The position numbers and the translations under genes were made by a program. From Bacteroidales bacterium (GTDB lineage: Bacteria; Bacteroidota; Bacteroidia; Bacteroidales; UBA932): a DNA stretch of 64,000 nt. Where the stretch lies: positions 1,926-65,925 of the forward strand of contig JAFSUF010000029.1 in NCBI GenBank assembly GCA_017445425.1, given 5' to 3'. The notes under the pieces are model-generated. The model made no database searches. It was not told where the DNA came from and was given only the letters and a program-made list of their open reading frames with translations. This document shows, piece after piece, positions 58,365 to 64,000 of the stretch. How positions within the stretch are numbered: the first letter of the stretch is position 1; every line of letters begins with the position of its first letter.

Positions 58365-59353
58365 TGCGGTCCCATATCCCGTGTCTCCCGACAGTTTTCT
58401 GCCTGTGTTTTCTCATTCTTCCATCCTGCATGGAGGAGGATAAGTTTCTGGAAATACGCGAACCAGAAATTGTTGAGGTAGTGAATGATGAATATGTGGA
58501 GCAAAACCAGTGGATATATACTGTGATGAAAGTGTACTACCTGTGGAACAATCAGTTAAAGGACTCTTTGCAGTACAACTACTCACAGGAGCCAAAATCC
58601 TTCTTTTACAGTATGCTGGTTGCGGAAGACCGATTCTCGTATTGTGAAGTTAATGACGACTATGTGACAACCAAGGGCATCAACCTCAACGAAACAGTAA
58701 GGCTGGATAGCATCTATACCGTTGGAGATCGTTCCGTAGGTTATTTCTATTATACGGAATTTGCCACAGAGGCAGATGTAACCGACATAATTCTAAAATT
58801 TCAAGATGTTGACGAAGTGATTGTCGATGTCCGGGACAACCCGGGAGGTTATGTTCGCACATGTCGTTATTTATCCTCGCTATTGATTCCAGAAGAAGCT
58901 GCCGGCAAGTTATTTTGCAGTTACGAATATAACCAAACAATAAGTGCCCGAAACAGGCAGGAGACAGGGGACGAGCGTACGTATGATTACTTTTTTGATA
59001 CCCGCCTTGTCAGGGAACGAAGGCTCAATCTAGACCGGGTGTACTTCCTCACCAGCAAGTGGAGCGCTTCGTGCAGCGAACTGATTATTAGTTGCCTAAA
59101 GCCTTATATGCAAGTAATTACTATTGGCGAAACCTCGGTGGGTAAGGACGTAGGAATGAGGACGCAAAGCAGCCGGCGGTGTAAGTATGTCTTGCACCCT
59201 ATTACATTCAGGACATATAATGCTTATGATGAACCTGTCCCAACAACTGGTCTTGTTCCGGATATCTATGTAGAAAATACCAACCCTGAGTTATTGGGCT
59301 CCACAGAAGAACCCCTTCTGGGACGTGCCCTGCAAGAAATTATTAACAATTAA
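58364..59353 (+). CDS. S41-family (C-terminal processing type) peptidase lipoprotein
   Basis: Lipobox LILPSC. VIVDVRDNPGGYV, TSKWSASCSELII (Ser) and GETSVGKD (Lys) blocks. The ATG shares 1 nt with the upstream TAA. Confidence 0.7.
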   Translation: MRSHIPCLPTVFCLCFLILPSCMEEDKFLEIREPEIVEVVNDEYVEQNQWIYTVMKVYYLWNNQLKDSLQYNYSQEPKSFFYSMLVAEDRFSYCEVNDDYVTTKGINLNETVRLDSIYTVGDRSVGYFYYTEFATEADVTDIILKFQDVDEVIVDVRDNPGGYVRTCRYLSSLLIPEEAAGKLFCSYEYNQTISARNRQETGDERTYDYFFDTRLVRERRLNLDRVYFLTSKWSASCSELIISCLKPYMQVITIGETSVGKDVGMRTQSSRRCKYVLHPITFRTYNAYDEPVPTTGLVPDIYVENTNPELLGSTEEPLLGRALQEIINN

Positions 59354-59358
59354 AAGAT

Positions 59359-60675
59359 ATGATGAAATCAATAAAACACCTTTGCCTGGCGGTGGCCATA
59401 CTTGCAACAACTGCAATAAGTGCCCAGAATCAGACGATTACCCTTAAAGACGGGACTGTGTATGAAGGTTTTATATCTCGCCAGGACTTTAAAAGCGGGA
59501 TTGGCAATATTACTTACAGCAAGGTAACAAAACAGATTCCGGTAGAGCAGATTCGTGGAAGAAGGACTGAAAAACGTGAGCTTAGTACCCTGTCTAAAGA
59601 ATGGCAGACATGGGCGGAGGAGAATCACAAGATTGAGACGTCCGGTAGGGATAAGAAATATCTCTCCCTTACTAACATGACGGTTCTTGGTGTCACCAAA
59701 GATTGGTATATCCTGGTTAGTGGCAGCAAGGTTGTCACTGCCCTTACCTTGACTGAAGGTACTGATAGTTTCAGAATGTCAGATATTCAAAGCATCATAA
59801 AGCCAGAACGGGATGAGACCCTTCTTGCCGACATGGATGATATCATCCAGACCGATGCCATGACAATCACCGGTGTAGTTCTGGAGCAAAAGCCTGGTAA
59901 GTTATACACAATTTGGAATAAGGACGACAAGACTGTCCATAGCATAGATTATTCGGAGGTCCGCTCAATTGGCAAGGGTCGTCTCAATCCAGATTATAGG
60001 ATGTGGTCACAGACCCCTTTCCTTGAGCGGCTCATTCTCAAGAAAGGGCAGACAGCAACCGGCCTTATCATAGAGAATACAATCAGTCCTTCTATTAGCT
60101 TCCTTTTCGCAGAGAAAAGCGACAAGGGCGAGAGCATCCGCCAGTATTCCCTGGAGGAAGTAACCGGAGTGGAGAGATTCCGTAACGATGAGTACACTCC
60201 AGTATACGACATTGTACTTGGAGAAAACGAGTCTCGCGTCAATAGAGATAGTATTCTTGTTGAGGCGCCGATAGGGACTGTTTACACTCGTGATTCCAGC
60301 AAAGTATTCTATCTGGAACCCGATCAAACAGAAGCAATCGCAACTGTATCGGGGCCTGAGGTTACCGTTGAAACCAGCATTCAGGGGATATCTGATATAT
60401 TCGTTGCCAAATCTGTTTTAACTAAAAATGTGCCGATGAGCTATCTCAAGCCAGACACAACTGATGCTGGGAAAAAGGCTAAGAAGAAAAAAGACGAAGA
60501 AAAAGTAGATATCCAGACATTCACTTATGCAACATTGTTTGAATCTGAAATAGAAACAGAAGTGAGCACGAGCATAAACGGAACCACTAAAATCGTGTTT
60601 ACCCTTCCTGAGCCAGGTTTATACTATGTATATCTTCGACGCCTGAACAAAACATGGGCAATTAATTGGAATTAA
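59359..60675 (+). CDS. exported protein, unknown function
   Basis: Signal peptide LAVAILATTAISAQ. Repeated LKDGTVYEGFI-like beta-hairpin motifs and a K-rich patch KKAKKKKDEEK. Confidence 0.5.
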   Translation: MMKSIKHLCLAVAILATTAISAQNQTITLKDGTVYEGFISRQDFKSGIGNITYSKVTKQIPVEQIRGRRTEKRELSTLSKEWQTWAEENHKIETSGRDKKYLSLTNMTVLGVTKDWYILVSGSKVVTALTLTEGTDSFRMSDIQSIIKPERDETLLADMDDIIQTDAMTITGVVLEQKPGKLYTIWNKDDKTVHSIDYSEVRSIGKGRLNPDYRMWSQTPFLERLILKKGQTATGLIIENTISPSISFLFAEKSDKGESIRQYSLEEVTGVERFRNDEYTPVYDIVLGENESRVNRDSILVEAPIGTVYTRDSSKVFYLEPDQTEAIATVSGPEVTVETSIQGISDIFVAKSVLTKNVPMSYLKPDTTDAGKKAKKKKDEEKVDIQTFTYATLFESEIETEVSTSINGTTKIVFTLPEPGLYYVYLRRLNKTWAINWN

Positions 60676-60694
60676 TCATTAAAATTAGAGTAAT

Positions 60695-61318
60695 ATGAAA
60701 AAACTCTTTACTATAGTTGTATTATTGTCGTCGGTATTCATTGCTAATTCTCAAGTACTTGATACACCTCAACATGCAGGAAACAGCGGATCTCACAGTT
60801 TCTCATCTGTTTATTTGATTTATTCGCCGGCTAAGTACTATGGCCAGAATTCAGATTCAGATCCATTCATGAAATTCGCGATAGGAGGTGACAACGCATC
60901 ACTGCTCCCGATTGACAACTTTACTGCCTATTTCACAAAGGGGTTGATGGCAGAGTGGTATCACAAAACAGAGGATAAACTCTCAACCAATATGTTTTCT
61001 GTTAAAGCGCCCCTTAACGTGATGTTTGACCTTAAACTTTCAAATCAAATGAGCGTTCTTCCTTTTGCTGGAGTTAATGCCTCTCTTGGTATAATTGCCC
61101 GGATTGCGGATAGCTCAACTCATTACAATCTCTATAGTAAGGATGACATGGGCGATTACGCTCTTAGAAGGTTTTTGGTGGGTTGGCAAATCGGGACCCG
61201 CATTAACTACAAAGGATTCTATGGTATGGTTTCTTTTGAGAAGTCATTCATGGATGCTGGCAAGAATCTAGATTTTAAGCTGGGTGGAGTCAATATAGGA
61301 ATAGGCAAGTATCTGTAA
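60695..61318 (+). CDS. small outer-membrane beta-barrel protein
   Basis: Signal peptide ending IANSQ. 207 aa with a beta-strand pattern and an aromatic residue near the C-terminus. Confidence 0.5.
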   Translation: MKKLFTIVVLLSSVFIANSQVLDTPQHAGNSGSHSFSSVYLIYSPAKYYGQNSDSDPFMKFAIGGDNASLLPIDNFTAYFTKGLMAEWYHKTEDKLSTNMFSVKAPLNVMFDLKLSNQMSVLPFAGVNASLGIIARIADSSTHYNLYSKDDMGDYALRRFLVGWQIGTRINYKGFYGMVSFEKSFMDAGKNLDFKLGGVNIGIGKYL

Positions 61319-61347
61319 CCTGAATAGACCAAATAATAATACTGAAG

Positions 61348-61373
61348 GTACCCGGCAACTTCCGGGTACTTTT
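61348..61373 (+). terminator. intrinsic terminator ending the 12-gene run
   Basis: GTACCCGG / CCGGGTAC 8-bp stem, 6-nt loop, then TTTT. This is the first spacer longer than 19 nt since 48465. Confidence 0.65.
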
Positions 61374-61405
61374 AATTGTTTAAGTCTTTTTTAGTAAACC
61401 TACAT

Positions 61406-61951
61406 ATGAAAAAAACATTTTCTCTGTTAATCTGTCTGCTCTTGTTATTCTCTGTCCCAAGTGTTGCTCAGGTTCTTCACTTTGACACAAGTGAAGAAGA
61501 AGAACAAGAAAAAGAACCGGCAAAGATTTCGTCGTTCTATTATCCACTGAACTTCGCTTTCCTCACCAATGATGTCGCGAAAGGTATTGAAGTCTCTTTC
61601 GGCATGCTTAGTTATGACAGATATTTTGGCGAAACCAGTTCATATATAAAGCAGAATGCCACGCGTGTTATAACTCTTAATTTTCCTCAAGCTTACTATT
61701 TGGATAAGAAAAACACATTCTTCCTCTACCCAAAAATTGGTTTTGGTTATGGCTGGACCGTGGTGGAGATTAAAGGCTATGATCCCGAATCGGAAGGGGC
61801 CTTTGTATTCAATCTACACCCACAGGCTGGCATCAGGCTGGGGCCTGTGGGCATCACAGCAGGTTACCTCTACCATGCATATAAATTCAAATTCAACGGG
61901 AAAGGAGTATTTACTCTTGGCTTGGCAATAGGCCTTGACAACAAGCGATAA
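61406..61951 (+). CDS. small outer-membrane beta-barrel protein
   Basis: Internal start MKKTFSLLICLLLLFSVPSVAQ. 181 aa with an E-rich N-terminus followed by beta strands. Confidence 0.5.
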   Translation: MKKTFSLLICLLLLFSVPSVAQVLHFDTSEEEEQEKEPAKISSFYYPLNFAFLTNDVAKGIEVSFGMLSYDRYFGETSSYIKQNATRVITLNFPQAYYLDKKNTFFLYPKIGFGYGWTVVEIKGYDPESEGAFVFNLHPQAGIRLGPVGITAGYLYHAYKFKFNGKGVFTLGLAIGLDNKR

Positions 61952-62031
61952 AGCGACTTTTCCCGGGTTACTTCTTGGGGTTTCTGGTATATTGATATGT
62001 AAAAGCATTTTGCAAAAAGTACCATCTTTTT

Positions 62032-64000
62032 ATGAAAATGAGATTGCTACATAATCAGTTGTTCCCACTGCTCATTCTATTGTTTTTTGCTCCTGCCGTA
62101 TCAATCGCTCAGGAGAACGCAGATTATGAGCAGGCCCTCAAATATTATAAGGCAGGTAATGATTATTATGCCCATCAGAAATGGAAAGAAGCTTTAGACT
62201 GTATGAAAGAGGCGCGGATAGGCTTCCATAAAGCCGATGACAGGTATTATGAGATGCAATCCATCTGGGGAATAGCGACAATCGAGGGCCTGCATCTTTT
62301 CCATTTGCCGGAGGCCTTACAGGCATACAATGAGGCAGCGCAACTTGCCGATGATCCATCCGACCTGATGGAGATGTTGAAAGAGCAGCAGAAGGTTTGC
62401 GAACGATTTGGGGCAATGGAAGAACTATGGAAGGTGTCGGAACGGATGGACTCCCTTTTGGCCTTTTCTGACGCCCCTATCGTTAAATATAAGTACAATA
62501 CTACAATGGGGGATCGGGCAATGGCCCAAAAGCGATATGATGTGGCGGAGAGATGGTATCTCAATAATGAGGCCTTGCTTGAGCAGCTGCCAGAGAAAAG
62601 CTATTATTATCACTATAATAATCTAAGATGGTTTTATATTAAAACCGGGAATTGGGAGTTGGCGTTAAAGTACGCAGAGCTGGCTAAGCAGTCTTTTCAA
62701 CAGTACCATGCACCGACACCGTCTACGTTTTTACACTATTCACCCTACGTCTATTTTGCAGATATTTATAAACGCAAGGGTGATCGCGAGAAATGCTTTG
62801 CCTATATGGACAGCTTGTTTGCCGTGCTCCCATATCTGGAGGAGCCAAGGGAAATAAGTACGTTGTATACTCTCCGAGCCGTGAATCATAGGGCTTTTGG
62901 AGAACATGATCGTGCAATTGAAGACTTCAGGACAGCATACGATGTTGTGAAAGCCAAGTATGGAGAAGATGATGCCGATTGTATAGATTTGTTGCCGTTA
63001 CTTGCTAATCAGGAGTATAATTTAAAAAATTACGAAGAATCTGTACGCTTATATCGTCAATATGCCGAATATGAAGGGTTGACAAAAGGGAAGAACAGTG
63101 CCGATTATGTAAGCGCCTTGGATATGTTGGCCACCGCCGAAGCTTCTGCTGGACAAATTGAGTTGGCATGTGATGTTTTTGCAGAAGCCGAGAGTTGTTT
63201 ACAGGAGCAGATCCGTAGTAAGTGGCCCTACCTTACCGGCACAGACAGGGAGGGGTATTGGACGAATTACTCCGATTTACTCTTGCGTATGGCGCCCTTT
63301 GCCTTAACGGCGCAACAGTTTCAGACACCATATACCGAAATAAGCTATAATGGGTTGGTTTTGTCCAAGGCATTCTTGTTGGCTTCGGAGCAATCAACAT
63401 ATAGTTTGATAAAGAACAATGGTACCAAGGATGACTTAAATGACTATGCCGCCATACTGTCTATGCAATCTTATGTAAAACAGTTGGTGGCTGAAAAGGC
63501 TCATCCCGACAGTATTCTAGCATCGATGAAACGGGTACATCAACTTGAAACCGACTTGACAAGCCGATGCCGTTCATACGGAGAAGTTACGTCATTTATG
63601 GAGGTTGACTATCAGAAAGTGAAACAGTCGCTTCACGATGGGAATGTGTTATTGGATTTTACCGATTTTGTGCCGGGAAACGGAAGTCGGGTATATGCTG
63701 CTTATATCATAGACAACAGACAGGAGTATCCTCTCCTAAAAGAACTGTTTACAGAAAGTAGCATTGATTCTTTGAACGTTAGCCAGCCGCACCAGTACTA
63801 TTCCGGGCACTATGGAGATGCCTTATATAGGCTTCTGTGGGAACCGTTGAAGGATTATGTCAAGGAAGGTGATGTCGTTTATTATGTGCCCTCCCAGTTT
63901 TTGTTCCAGATAGCGCCGGAGGCACTGCCTGCAGGCGATGGTTCGCATCTTGGCGATCATTACCATTTCGTGCGACTTTCATCAGCAAGGGAATTGGTTA
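62032..64000 (+). CDS. exported TPR-repeat protein running into a CHAT (caspase-fold) domain; 3' end outside the window
   Basis: It is not in the ORF track because there is no stop in the window. My translation from the ATG at 62032 stays open to nt 64000. Signal peptide LFPLLILLFFAPAVSIAQ and about 400 aa of TPR-like helices. The CHAT-entry pattern follows: VLLDFTDF...VYAAYII...VVYYVPSQFLFQIAPEAL. The His/Cys dyad would lie beyond the window. Confidence 0.6.
   Translation, partial: MKMRLLHNQLFPLLILLFFAPAVSIAQENADYEQALKYYKAGNDYYAHQKWKEALDCMKEARIGFHKADDRYYEMQSIWGIATIEGLHLFHLPEALQAYNEAAQLADDPSDLMEMLKEQQKVCERFGAMEELWKVSERMDSLLAFSDAPIVKYKYNTTMGDRAMAQKRYDVAERWYLNNEALLEQLPEKSYYYHYNNLRWFYIKTGNWELALKYAELAKQSFQQYHAPTPSTFLHYSPYVYFADIYKRKGDREKCFAYMDSLFAVLPYLEEPREISTLYTLRAVNHRAFGEHDRAIEDFRTAYDVVKAKYGEDDADCIDLLPLLANQEYNLKNYEESVRLYRQYAEYEGLTKGKNSADYVSALDMLATAEASAGQIELACDVFAEAESCLQEQIRSKWPYLTGTDREGYWTNYSDLLLRMAPFALTAQQFQTPYTEISYNGLVLSKAFLLASEQSTYSLIKNNGTKDDLNDYAAILSMQSYVKQLVAEKAHPDSILASMKRVHQLETDLTSRCRSYGEVTSFMEVDYQKVKQSLHDGNVLLDFTDFVPGNGSRVYAAYIIDNRQEYPLLKELFTESSIDSLNVSQPHQYYSGHYGDALYRLLWEPLKDYVKEGDVVYYVPSQFLFQIAPEALPAGDGSHLGDHYHFVRLSSARELV

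Overview
This 64-kb window looks like a Bacteroidota (probably Bacteroidales) chromosome. The taxon is inferred from lipoprotein and signal-peptide styles, TAnnTTTG-type promoters, and gene families such as DUF4783, the split 5'-nucleotidase pair and patatin-Omp85. All product names come from motifs read by eye in the ORF translations. No homology search, HMM scan or RNA folding was run.

nt 1-47,000 is a G+C-rich, tightly packed housekeeping region. It contains:
- replication, repair and nucleotide genes: parE, recX, recA, a tight trpS-umuD-umuC-DUF45 metallopeptidase block, nrdDG, dnaG, tdk, cmk
- translation and RNA genes: der, rsmI, rlmH, efp, prfB (with its programmed +1 frameshift), rlmN, metG, RNase P RNA, tRNA-Leu(CAG), tRNA-Asn(GTT)
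- regulators and other functions: a sigma-54 activator, a large sensor kinase, ispH, class I fumarate hydratase, an ABC-2 exporter and a rubredoxin

At 47-48.5 kb there is an Rpn-family nuclease gene broken by an in-frame TAG. It is followed by an AT-rich spacer of about 500 bp and a clear drop in G+C.

After that, 14 same-strand genes run from 48.5 kb to the window edge, the first 12 with gaps of 19 nt or less. They encode, in order:
- FHA protein, Hanks kinase, Hanks kinase, PP2C phosphatase, FHA-TM-coiled-coil protein
- a 2xFHA-TM-trypsin-like protease
- an exported WG-repeat protein, small outer-membrane beta-barrels, lipoproteins and an S41 peptidase
- an exported TPR-CHAT (caspase-fold) protein

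This phospho-threonine signalling module wired to three exported protease families is the best candidate for an undescribed system.

No CRISPR array, rRNA, intact integrase or intact transposase was seen.
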